Source of the DNA: Mobula birostris
Taxonomy: Eukaryota
Direction: 5' to 3'
DNA length: 64,000 nt
Assembly (NCBI RefSeq): GCF_030028105.1
Contig: NC_092372.1
Coordinates: forward strand, 172,242,058-172,306,057
The notes beneath the pieces are model-generated. The model had not been told where the DNA came from and searched no databases. It was given only the letters and a program-made list of their open reading frames with translations. Within the stretch, counting starts at the first letter, position 1, and every line of letters starts with the position of its first letter. Position numbers and translations under genes: made by a program. This document shows, piece after piece, positions 13,863-25,950 of this stretch.

Positions 13863-16650
13863 TACAAGGTTCTGTGCTTAGTCCCCTGCTCTACTCACTT
13901 TACTCTTATGACTGTGTGACCAAGCACAGATCCAATGCCATATCCAAGTGTGCTAATGACGCCACTGTTGTAGGCTGAACCAAAAGTGGTGATGAATCAG
14001 CATATAAGGAGTGAGATTGAAAATCTGTCCAAGTGGTGCCATAACAACTACCTCCTACTCAATATCAGGGAGACCAAGGAGCTGATTATCGACTTCAGGA
14101 GCAGGAAGCCAGAGATACATGATTGGAGGATCAGAAGTGGAGAGGGTCAGCAACTTTAAATTCCTCTGTGTTATTATTTTGGGGGATCTGTCCTGGGGTC
14201 TGCACATAAGTACAATGACAAAGAAAGCACAGTTGCGCCTCTACTTCCTTAGGAATTTGCACAGATTCAGCATGACATCTAAACTTTGACAAACTTTTAT
14301 AGATGTGTGGTGGAGAATATCTTGACAGGCTGCATCACAGCATGGTACGGAAACACCAATGCTCTTGAACAGAAAATCCTACAAAAAGCAATGGATATGG
14401 CCCAGTGTCTCAGAGGTAAAGCCCACCTAACAACTGAGCACATCTACGTGATATGCCATCGCAGGAAAGCAGCATCCATCATCAGGGCCCCCCCAACACC
14501 CAGCACATGCTCTCTTCTCACTGCTGCCGTCAGGAAAAAGGTGCAAAATCCTCTCACCACCAAGGCAGGAACAGTTATTACCCCTCAATCATCGGGCTCT
14601 TGAACCAAAGCGGATAATTGCACTCAACTTCACTTGCCCCAACTTTGAAAGATTCCCACAACCAATGGACTCACTTTCAAGGACTCTGCATCTCATGTTC
14701 TTGATATTTATTGCTTACTTATTTATTATTGTCATTTATTCTTTTGTATTAGCACAGTTTGGTGTCTTTGCACTCTGGTTGAACACTCCAGTTGGGCAGT
14801 CTTTCACTAATTCTGTTATATTTATTACTGGTGGAGTGGGCCCAGATGTGCTTCAAACCTGCCAAATCAAGATCGATGGTGCTGAGGAAAGGGAAGGTGG
14901 GGAACAAGTTCTGGTTCAGCAACGCAGACACAGCCATCCCAACCATTACAGAAAAGCTAGTCAAGAGCTTAGGCAAAGTTTTTGACAGCTCTTTAAGGGA
15001 CACAACATCCATTCAGGCAACCTGCACCGAGTTGGATGGCTGGCTGAAATCTGTGGACAAGTCTGGCCTACCTGGGAAGTTTAAAGCCTGGGTGTATCAG
15101 CATGGCATCCGTCCCAGAATCCTGTGGCCCCTCCTCGTCTATGCAGTTCCGATCTTGACAGTTGAAACCTTAGAGAGGAGGGTTAGCAACCACCTCAGGA
15201 GATGGCTGGGGCTGCCAAAGAGCCTGAGCAGCATCGCACTCTATGGACACCACAACAAACTGCAACTGCCGTTCAAATCCTTGGAGGAAGAATTCAAGGT
15301 AACAAGAGCCAGAGAAGTGCTACAGTATGGGGACTCAAGTGACCCGAAGGTGGCTAGAGCAGGGATCCAAGTAAGTACTGGCAGGAAGTGGAGGGCAGAG
15401 GAAGCTGTTCAGGAGGCAGAGGCGAGGCTGTGTCACAGGAGGCTGGTGGGAGTGGTCACACGAGGCCGAGCTGGGCTAGGATCCTTTCCAACTCTCCAAA
15501 TGGACACCAGAGGGAAGGAAAGGCGTCGTCTAGTTCAGGAGGAGGTGAGAGCAGTCGTGGAGGAGATGAGAGCCTGCAAGGCGGTGGGAATGAAGCAACA
15601 GGGAGCTTGGACAAGATGGGAGAATGCGGTTGAGAGGAAAGTGACCTGGGCTCATCTTTGGAAAGCCGAACCACACCGCATCCAATTTCTCATCCAGGCA
15701 GTGTATAATGTGCTTCCAAGCTCATCAAACCTGCACACATGGGGCAAGGCAGAGTCATCTGCATGCCCACTGTGCTCCAAGCGAGGAACCCTGGAGCACA
15801 TCCTCAGCGGCTGTGCAAGGGCACTTGGTGATGGACAGTACAGGTGGAGGCACGATCAGGTCCTGAAGACCATCGCTGAAGCCGTCAGTGCAGGAGTTGA
15901 GTGGGCGAAGTGGTCCCGACCCTCCAAGCAGACCATTGCCTTTGTCAGAGCTGGGGAGCAGCCAATACCTGCCAAAAGAACATCTGTAGGCATTCTGACC
16001 TCTGCAAGGGACTGGCAGCTGTTGGTGGACCTCAAAGGGCAGCTGAAGTTCCCCAGCCATTTCGCAGCCACCACCCTGTGACCAGACATTGTCCTAGTGT
16101 CTACTAAGCAAGTGGTGCTGCTGGAGCTGACAGTCCCATGGGAAGATAGCTTGGAAGAGGCCTTTGAAAGGAAGCTCTCCAAGTACGCAGGACTGGTCAG
16201 CAATTGTCAGCAGGCTGGATGGAGAGCGAGGTGTCTCCCAGTGGAGGTTGGTTGTAAGGGATTCATAGCCCATTCCTTAGTTAGAGCCTTCAGCATTTTG
16301 GGCATCGAGGGAGAGAGGAAGAGGAGAGCCACCCGCAGTACCACCGATGCGGCAGAGAGGGCCACAAGATGGCTGTGGCTCAAAAGAGGGGAGCCATGGA
16401 GTCATAAGTAGCTAGCCATCTGGATACAAGCTGGGGTCTGATCAGTCCCGGCTGGGTCACCTGGAGGAGGTTGTATGATGTTGAAAGACCCGAAACACCC
16501 GATGATTCCAGGAACATCACTGAAGATGTGTCCAGAAGCATCAATAGATGTATGTACACAGCATTCTATAAATTTGCTGAGCATGCCCACAAGAAAATGA
16601 ATATGGTGGCATATATGCACTTTGATATTAAAGTTTACTTTGTACTTTGA
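13863..16650 (+). mobile_element. Rex1-type LINE (5'-truncated) whose 3' UTR is split by a HERO insertion
   Basis: caaggttctgtgcttagtcccctgctctac (QGSVLSPLLY). ORF 14286-14603 FYRCVVENILTGCITAWYGN. The 3' UTR resumes at ~16563 and ends tactttgtactttga at ~16650. Confidence 0.85.
14828..16562 (+). mobile_element. HERO-clade (R2 superfamily) non-LTR retrotransposon with C-terminal restriction-like endonuclease, 5'-truncated
   Basis: ORF 14792-16081 continues in frame to 16411 across one TGA at 16079-16081. RT thumb (FKPAKSRS, LPGKFKAWVYQ), CCHC knuckle CPLC...TLEHILSGC, RHDQVL, (R)PDIVL...LLELTVPWE...ERKLSKY (PD-(D/E)xK RLE). Confidence 0.92.
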
Positions 16651-18839
16651 AGATAATTAAAAGACAAAAATATGCACTTATTCCTTCCTTGATAATTGTA
16701 TTTGGAAGCAACAGCAAAAATAAATTGCTGCTGGAACTCAGTGGGTCGGATAGTACCCGTGGATGCAAAAGGATGGTGTACATTTCCGATGGAGACCCCA
16801 TGTCAAGATCAATAATTATAATCTTTTGTGGCTCCATTTTACTACTCCATGCCAATAATCTTCAAGGCATGCTAGCTTTGAAGAAGTTCTCCTCCCCTCT
16901 TTAGTAAGAGTTTTGCAAGTCCCAATCTCAGTTCCCTCATTGATCTTCAACTGCTCTCCTGTTCTTCAACATCATCTTTGTGTCTCTACAAATCATGAAA
17001 AATTACTTTCACAGCCTGAACATCAGTGAATAATTTCTATTATGCCAACTTTATAAGAGGAGGTGCATGACATGTTTCAGGAAAAGAGCTTGTGAGGATT
17101 AAGTTGTCAAGTCTCATGTCCCCCGACAGCCAACTAAGTAGCACAAAAGCAAAACACTGCAAATATAAATTCGACTTTCTCGGTTACTTTTCTGGATGGC
17201 GAAATGCATCAGTATTTCTTAAGCTGAAGAGGGACATGTCTGGTTCAGATGTTAGAAGTGAATCACCAGAAGATAACAATCTACAAGAACCTCTTTCCAA
17301 TGTGATTCAGTAAGAGGAGGGAAAGCCCTGCCCTTGTGCATCTCCATTTTATCATAATGCAAGATTCTATTGTTCATTGGCCTTTAGTTTGTTAATCCAG
17401 ATTCAATTCTGCTCTGTTACATTCAAACTGGCTTTCAACTTTTGGCATTTTTACAGCTCCCAGAGAGCAGAGTTCAAAATCCCACAGCAATTTATTACTT
17501 TAATCCTTGGAATATCCTAATTACATTCAGTTGTCTTCATTCCATCTCCATAATAAAATTTATGTAATGTATATCTCCTTGTTTTTCAATTCTAATAATA
17601 GATTTCTAACTTCAGCTGTTGCCATCAGTGAAAACAGGTGTTGGATACAAACTCTCGACCTCTGCCTTTATCCTCTTGGGAAGGCTCTACTCCAACATTG
17701 TCAAGACTTACAGGAAAAAGTCCAGGAAATTCTCGGTAAGCTCATTTTGTAATTAATTATCTGCCAGACGTAATGAAAGGATTTATCAAAAACATGACTT
17801 CTCCTCTTTTAGAAGCTGACTAAGTTATTCTGCAGGACTTTTATTTCATTTCAGATTTTTGATATTCACGGTATCTTTGTTTTACCTGAAACATTTGAAC
17901 ATAATAGACGAATTAGCCAATAAAGGTATATTAGTTTAGAACAGTTATACATTTTCCTCAACTTTCTCAATGTCATGGACACTTGGCCCAAGGAATTGAC
18001 AAATAGGCCACATTCAGTTTCATTCATAGTTTCTCAGATAATGAAACAGTTTGTGATACCTTCAGCAATATGCAAGCTTGATTGGATAAATGGCAAACTA
18101 TATTAACTTCAGAAGTGTAACAGTAAATGGCCTTTTCATACAACACACAATCTAAGCACCTCCCCTTGACATTCAATGGCACTTCTGTTATTGAATTATC
18201 CAGGAAGTAACTGTTGATTAAAAATTTAACTAGACAGAAGGAATTACACTGGCTACAGGTGCATTCTGGGCATTCTGTTCAAGTGTCAGAAGTCGAGAGG
18301 CTCTGCACTTGCCTTGCTGAGAACAGAGCCAGTGACATTCAAGAAGCTTGCAACCATTCAAGTCAAAACAATCTCCTTGATTGGCAACACACCCTTCACC
18401 TTAACTGTCAAACTCAATGCCGATGGTTAGCTTGCTGTGAGAACCAGCTCCACTCAATCTTGCTCAACAGCAGGCTAGGCATGTGATGTAAATTGAGTGA
18501 ATGTACCGCCTGCTATGATTTTACCAGGCAGAACAGAATTTTCAGAGGAGACCTCGGTACCTGGGACAATAATAAAACAATTTACCAAATTTACCGATTT
18601 TAAGCAACCACTCCTCACAAATCATACATAGACCACCCATTATTCCTTCAATATTAATGAATCAAGATGCTCAGAATTAATGGAGCAAACCCAGATGTCA
18701 TCACCCTGGGTAATCTGGAGGATGACACTGATGGAATTCAAGAACATGGTAAGGGTAGGAGTTGGGGAACAGGGTAAGGGGTGGAAGTCTCAAAGGTTAG
18801 AACTTAAAATATCTGGACTCCCCTTAATGGTTCACAGTG

Positions 18840-21830
18840 CAAAATAATGTGAAAATAATGCAAAAGTCAGGAAATTATAGACTATTTAACCTGACTTCAG
18901 TGGTTGGCAAGATGTTAGAATCCATTATAAAGATGTGGTTTCTGCCAAGGAGCACGTGCAGATGCTACTCTAAAAATAAGCCTATTATAACAATAAAGCC
19001 TTTTGTGAATGTTTATAGTGGGAAATACTTAGACTCTTCTTCCAGACATGGCATGCAAATGGTGGATGGATTTCCGGACAAGTTGTAGTTGTCTCTGCCA
19101 ATCACATCCCCTCAATGCTGGCCCTCCTGTTTTTACCACATATAAGTCCAATGTGGCTGTTAGTTGTTGTCTTTCACTGTTACGAATATTATTTCCATAG
19201 GAGTTATCTTCTCACCAGTATAAGTTCTTAATTGGATATCTGCAAGCTTCAGTTCACTATCATTGAAATGCCATTCAAACTCATTTTGTGGAATGACTGA
19301 AACAGCCAAACCAGTGTCCAATTCAATTTTAATTAATTTGCCGTTGACTTCTGGTACAAGCCATAATGCTTGTTTCTTATCAGTTCTCACACTATAAATC
19401 TCAAGGTTACCCGGTCCCATGTCATTCTCATCATGTTCAGATTTTTCATTAACAGCATGCAGATTAATGCTCTTTTTAATTCAACTTTATTTTTCATCTT
19501 TTTCTCATCTCTGTGCAGTCCATTTATCTCTGTCTGCCCAATATGCTTTTTGTATGTGTCCTACTTTGTTGCATTTTCTGCAAGTTTCATTTTTAATCCT
19601 GAATTGATCAGGTGTATGTGAGCCCCTGCCACAATGGTAACATGCTTTGTTAGGCAAGGCAGGCCTCCATCTAGACGTTGTAATTTTGTTTACACTCACT
19701 TTCATTCCTGACTGCAATGCAATTGCATCTCTTTTTGCCTTTTCATTGATACAACAATTTTAACTGCTCTTTTAAATGTTAGTTGTGCTTCAATTAGGGA
19801 CTATTTTTGAATGCCTTTTTGTAAGTTTCTACAAACTAAACGATCTCTGAGTGCACCATTAAGCCTACTACTGAACTGACAATGCTCAGATAATGACAAC
19901 TTCTTCAACCCAACCACATAAGTTGAAATGGACTCTCTTTCCATTTGATTCCAGTTATGAAATCTAAAGCATTCTCAACAATGGTTTCGGTTCTAAATGT
20001 TCCTGCATTACTTTCACAATATCAGCAAAATTCATTTCGGCTGGTTTGGTTAGAGTTAAACTTCTAAGTAAACAGTATGCTCTTCCACCTGGTACACTCA
20101 GCAAAACTGGCACCCACTTTGCATTGGCCATTTCATTTGCTTCCAAATAATGCTCGATTTGCTCTGTATACATCATCCATTTTGTGCAATCAAAAGGGTC
20201 TATCTTTCTAATGTAGTCAGCCATTTCTGCTGGTTTTTTTTAAATTTATAATTATTGTCACCCAGTACACTCTATTTATAAACTCATGAATTTCAACCAC
20301 TTCTGCTTTTTTTTTAACTTGACTATTTTTGTCCCTTCCCAAAGAAGCACAGAGTGTGCCTCTTTTGAACTTGAACGTCTCTTTTCTTTTTTTTTAACCT
20401 TGACCTCTCGCTGCGCTTCAACAGATAGGTAGTCATCTCAGGTTGTTTTAAAAATTACTCATCACCACTTTTATATTTAGTAACTCCAAAAGCTAAAACT
20501 AATTGAAAGGAAAACACAGAACTGGGAGATCATGTATGAGTACTTAGTTTTCACTTTAGTAAGGTACGCACATATGACATGGTGACGTAATGATGTATGC
20601 TGTTCACGTACTCTTATATATAACCCGTAATGAATTATGTAAGCAAAAAAGAACATTGCTGAAATACTAAATACAGAACGTAGAGGAAATCCTGCCTGAC
20701 AAACTTGTTAGGATTCTTTGAGAAAATAACAGGCTGGATAGACAGAGGAAAGTTAGTAGATGTCGTTTACTTGGATTTTGAAAAGGCTTTCAACAAAGAG
20801 CTACATATGAGGCTGCTTAACAAGATAAAAACCCATGGCATTACAGGAAAGACACTAACATGGACAGAAAACTGGTTGAATGCCATCAGGCAAAGAGTGG
20901 TAATAAAGGGGGCTTTTTCTGGTTAGCTGCCACTGACTAATAGTATCCTGTAGAGGTAGGTGTTGGGTTCGCAATCTTTCACATTATAGGTTAGTGATCT
21001 GACTGACAGAATTAGAGGCTTTGTAGCCAAGTTTGGGTATGATTCACAGATAGACACAGAGGCAGTTTGAGATGAGGAGGCAGGGAATATGCAGAAAGAC
21101 TTGAATAGATTAGGAGAATGGCCAAAGAAGTGGCAGATGGAATACAGTGTAGGAAAGTGTATAGGCATGCACTTTGGTAGAAGGAATAAAGGTGTAGATA
21201 ATTTTCTAAACAGGCAGTGAAATCAAAGGTACAATGGAAATGGAGAATCCTAATGCGGGACTCCTTAAGGTTAACTTGCATGATGAGTCAGTAGTAAGGA
21301 AGGCAAATGCAGAATTAGCCTTTCAAGAGGACTGGAATGTAATACTCAGGCTTTATAAAGAATTGGTCTGACAAATTCCAGAGTATTGTGAGCAGTTTTG
21401 GGCCCTTATCTGAAGAAGGACATGCTGGCATTGGAGTGCGTCCAGAGAAAGTTTACAATAATTTCCCAGGAGTGACGAACCTGTGCCTGAGGAAGATGGT
21501 GGGGTTTACTGTTGGAGTATTGCACTCAGTATCTATAAGTATGTGACCTCTAAGGCCAAACAATAGTATGGATAGGAATTTCTTTATCAAAAGGGTGGTG
21601 AATGGGTGGTATTCATTGCCACAGATGCCCGTGGAGGCCAAACCATTGAGTATGTGCAAAGAGATTACTAGGTTCTTGATTAGTAAGAGTGTCAAAGGTT
21701 ATAGGAAGAAGGCAGGATAATGGGGCTGAGAAGAGGGTAAGTAAATCAGCCATGACCAAATGGTGAAGCAAACTCAGTGAGCTGCATGACCTAATTCCAA
21801 TCCTGCATCTCATGGTCTTAATAAAACCAA
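18840..21830 (+). mobile_element. Degraded CR1 LINE interrupted by a Gypsy element
   Basis: KSGNYRLFNLTSVVGKMLESII at ~18860-18935. Resumes at ~20681 (SCLTNLL..., YLDFEKAFN) and runs to the CR1 3' end at ~21820. Confidence 0.85.
19085..20680 (-). mobile_element. Ty3/Gypsy (Mag/K02A2.6-like) LTR retrotransposon, 5' part: LTR, PBS, gag, protease remnants
   Basis: Gag ORF 19964-20224. Zinc knuckle CYHCGRGSH (19505-19717). Protease ELDTGLAVS (19160-19420). LTR ~20470-20680. PBS reads TGGTGATGAG on the minus strand (20458-20467), a CpG-decayed TGGCGACGAG (tRNA-Ser GCU type). Confidence 0.88.
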
Positions 21831-22607
21831 GTTGCATAGAACTGCTCACAAACATGTGCAGCCAAGACATGGTGAATTATTTTCCTTGGGAATGCTCATA
21901 AAGCACTGTATAGGCTTGAAAAGCATTTAATGTGTCATACAGTCAGATTTATATAGCATGGAAACAGGCCCTCAGGCCTAACTCATCCATGTACCTGATA
22001 GCTAGAATTGGAGGTTGTTGATCATTCACTCCAGAAATATATGCAGTACTAAAATAAATTGAATTCCTAAGCCAGTATTTTTCCCACTGAAAGAAATAAC
22101 ACCAACAAACTGTGCAAGAGAGGAAAAAATCTATGGTGTGTTTTTAATTGAATAGAAACACAGAAACATTGAAAACCTACAGCACAATACAGGCCCTACG
22201 GCCCACAGGCTGTGTCAAACAATGTTAGGACATTGTTTGCAAAAGCTACTAAAGGAGAACATCAAGTGAAGATTGAAATCATAATTTTACCAGTTTTAAT
22301 TGTTCATTACTGTGTTCATCAGAGAATGCATACTGTATCAATAATCATCTAAGAATTTCTTGTTTAAAAATGAGATGGTTCCAGTTGGTTCAATTGCAGA
22401 AGTTGTGTTGTGTGCAAGTGGGTTGGTTAGAGTTGTGCAGCTGAGACAAACTCCCCTGCACCCACGCGAAAAGAATACAGTAAGAGATAATTTTGGGCTC
22501 CTCCAGACATTTCTGACAAGCCACCAGAGTGTGGAAACAATACTCCCCCAAATGTCAAATAAGAAGTTTTTTAATGACAGAAAAGTATGTTAAACCAATA
22601 ATGGTAT

Positions 22608-23200
22608 AAAACCATAAGATATAGGGACAGAATTAGGCCGTCTGACACATTGAATCAGCTCTCCCATTCAATCATAGCTGAGCTTTTGAAAACCCCATTC
22701 TCCGGTCATCTGCCTGTAACCATTAACCTCCCTTACCAATAAAGAACCTATCAATCTATCTTAAATAAACACAATGACTAGACCTTCACAGCCCCCTGTG
22801 ACAGCGAATTCTGCAAATTCACCACACACTGGCGGAAGGAATTCCTCCAACTCAGTTTTAAAGAGGCGCCCCTACATTCTGAGTCTGTACTCTCAGAACC
22901 TAGACTGCTACTGATGGAAACATCCTCTCCACAGCCATGCTATCTAGGCCTTTTAGTATTCCGTTAGTTTTAATGTGATACCCCTTCAGCCTTTCAAATA
23001 CTATGAAGTAACAGCCCAGAACCATCAAATACCCCTCATACATTATGCCTTTCATTCCTGAGATCATTCTTGTGAACCTCCACTGGACCCTCTCCAGGGC
23101 CAGCAGATCTTTCCTTCCACATGGGGCCCAAACTGGACTGACCAATACCTTATAAATTCTTAGCAGTACATCCTTGCTCTTATATTCTTGTCCCTCTCAC
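22608..23200 (-). mobile_element. CR1 LINE 3' fragment
   Basis: ORF 22900-23145 LALERVQWRFTRMISG. Tail aaccataagatatagg. Confidence 0.85.
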
Positions 23201-23379
23201 CACATAATCACATAATCACCAACACATTTTGTTCATGTGCTCCATTGTAATATTCTACTGGGAATGAAATCCAAATTTTCAGGCACAATACAATTGCTAT
23301 TTCACATTGTGCAGACAAAAACCTCAGGCAGGGTTGCAGATCGCGAGGGCTGGGGGGTGGGTGGAGGAGGAGTGTGTTT

Positions 23380-24166
23380 CACTAGGCAACAATTTTTTTC
23401 AAAAGTGTTGCTTCCTCAGTATTTTTTTTTTGCTTATGACAGACCGCTTGAAGCTGAACACAAATATAATTCCGGGGTACTTGTATCATGTAGGAATTTG
23501 TAGAAACAAGAAAAAGACTTTTATTGAATATAATACATTTAATTGCATAACAGTGCTGAGGCTTTGCAACAGTTCAACTAAACTAAAAATACTTTGTTGA
23601 TGATTTTTGTTTGTACTCAGTGTCTGAGGCTTCTTGCTTAAGTGTCCAACAATAATCAGCCAATGCTGATGGATTCCAGTCGCCCTGATAGCATTTCTCC
23701 ATGACCACAACGTACTGGTGAAACCTTTTACTGAGCTCTTCCCTTACAGTTCCAAGATTGGCAGGGAATGCAGAAAATAAATCCTTAGTGACATGTTGCA
23801 CTTCATGGTTTTGTATGCTTGAAGCATGCTGTCAACCAGCTTCACGTAGTTTGGTGCTCTGTGGTTGCCAAGAAAATTTCAATAGCATCTTTGAATTCCT
23901 TCCATGTGATGTTCTCCGGTCCTACTAGATGTTGTTTGAATTGCCCATCATTGATGAGCAGCTTGATTTGTGGACCTACAAAAACGCCTTCCTTAATCTT
24001 GGCATCAGTTATTCTGACTTGAATTATGAATTGAGGTAACAAATACAGGTGACTGCAAAAAAGGTGCATGACAGTGAAATTCCATGGTGATTTTCATGAT
24101 CAGCAGTTCAAAGTCCATAAGATACACCCAAGAGTATTCAGGAAGCAAAATCTTTGTTGTTGTGTG
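23380..24166 (-). mobile_element. Chapaev3-like (CMC superfamily) DNA transposon, internally deleted
   Basis: Termini CACTAGGCAACAATTTTT ... AAAATCTTTGTTGTTGTGTG followed by TTA. Minus-strand remnants AKIKEGVFVGPQIK (23842-24069) and FPANLGTV...RFHQ...MEKCYQGDWNPSALADYCWTLK (23583-23801). Confidence 0.75.
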
Positions 24167-24857
24167 TTATTAGAAGCTTAACAGAGAGACGAAAGGAGAT
24201 GGGGAGGAAGGAACACCTTCAGTTTGTGGGGGAAAAAAGGAATGTCAAATGTTGTGACATGGCAACCAGCAAGTGGGTTGGTCAGGGCCAGGGAGCACGG
24301 AGAGGCGGAGCAGTATTGGAAACACTGGGAAAAATTAAAGCAAAGGAAAATGAATAACTTTAAAGATATCTCAAAATTTTAAATGGCACTAACCTAGAAA
24401 ATGATCCAAGCGTCAAATTCAGTACTAACAGACCAAGTAAGCGAACCAATTTGTAATAACCCTCTGAATGAATGATGTATGGCCTGTGCTATTAGCATAC
24501 ACAAAAGAGCAGCCAAGTATACATTAGACATGGGGCAGTTTTCTGTGTGTCCCCATTTATAAGCAGGATCTAGTAGTGATGTAAAACCCTATGTGACAAA
24601 TGCTGCAAGTAAACAAATACCTAATTTTCCTCATTCTCATATATTTTGATCAGCTCATTGTCCATCAGCTTCAGCCTTGAACACATTCAATGATTCAGCA
24701 GCCACAGTACTCCAAGGTACAGAACTCCAATGATCTTCAAAACTGCCTAAACAAGATCTCGCTTTCTCTGTCTGAACCGGTCCCTTTATTCTGAGAATGT
24801 TCTGCAGGCTCTCCAGCTAGATACGTCATTTACTGTGTCAATAACTCAGAGACCCCG

Positions 24858-25358
24858 TGTGGAAGTTGCAGTAAGGCAAGGGTTAAAGACAACATCCTGG
24901 CAAGAACAGCCTGGGGCAGTTGTAGTTAACTTAGTCAATTGAGGCCTCCTGAGTGAGACCTTTTCTGGTAAAGTATTTGAAGAACATGGCTCCGCCGTAC
25001 ACGGTAGGGGGTGCCGGAGACAAATGAGATGGGATATAAAGGAAAGATGCGAACATCTAAAGGACAATTGCTTTACTACATAGTGTCAGCTTGCATTTCT
25101 ATTGACTTTTACCATCTCTATTGTGCATGGAGATTGATCTTGCAAGTAAGGAATTCAAACATACACAGTTTAATATGTAGTCAGTATCCATAATTGATAA
25201 GCCAATTCAGTATAAAAATAGGATTTTCTCTATCCTGGCTTCAGAGCAGTGTGGTGACAGGGGCCATGCTGTTCTCCTTGTGCACAAGTAAGATAAGGTA
25301 TAATTGGGGAGTTAACATGCATGTGTACTCAGTCCAGTTATTGGCAATGACACCCACA
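24858..25358 (+). mobile_element. Solo ERV LTR, same family as the provirus at 49.2-63.8 kb
   Basis: TGTGGAAGTTGCAGTAAG...CCCACA termini. Shares the blocks gatcttgcaagtaaggaattcaaacata and tcctggcttcag...ccatgctgttctc...tgtgcacaagtaa with 50.2-50.6 kb and 62.8-63.8 kb. TATA-like tataaaaatag. Inserted within a decayed CR1. Confidence 0.8.
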
Positions 25359-25844
25359 TCTCAATTCTCTCAGACATCCAAGCTCCAGTGAGTATACCTC
25401 AATCTTACGCAATCTCTCTTCAGTGCTTGGATTTTAAATTTGCCATTCCTTATTTAGGCAGATTAGTCAATGTTAAATGCAAATTCTCAAACTTTTATCC
25501 ACTCATGGGTGATAAAGTATGCACAGATCACAAAATATATGTACTAATGACAATGCTAAAATGAGGTTGCATTGTAATGTATCCTGTCAACAACTTCTGA
25601 GGTGCCAATAAGTCAAGTTTCCGAATATTTTTCAATGTGTGGCTGGTTTTTCACAACTAAAATTGGAGCCAACAAATAAAGAAGACTTTAATTATTTTTT
25701 TTGGTTTAAGGGTGCAGAACTATTTGCTACTGTAGTGACAAAAGAAATTTTGAGATGTAGTTTAATTTATTGTAGACCAAGTATGACCTTTTAATGTGTT
25801 TGTCTGTCCATGCTGGAAAGATTCTTATAATTATTCTTACTCTG

Positions 25845-25950
25845 ACTTCTTCCCTTCCTTTCCAGTCCTGATGAAAGGTCTTGGCACAAAATGTCAACGG
25901 TTTACTCTTTTTCATAAATGCTGCCTGGCCTGCTAAGTTCCTCCAGTATT
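25845..25950 (+). mobile_element. Penelope terminal fragment (degenerate hammerhead)
   Basis: cagtcctgatgaaaggtcttggcacaaaatgtcaac...gctgcctggcctgct, homologous to 39315-39400. Confidence 0.7.

Noticed and set aside
17092-17340. Unique-looking segment with ORF MRIKLSS...SESPEDNNLQEPL
   Set aside because: No recognisable domain and no consistent splice acceptor/donor pair, so an exon cannot be supported.
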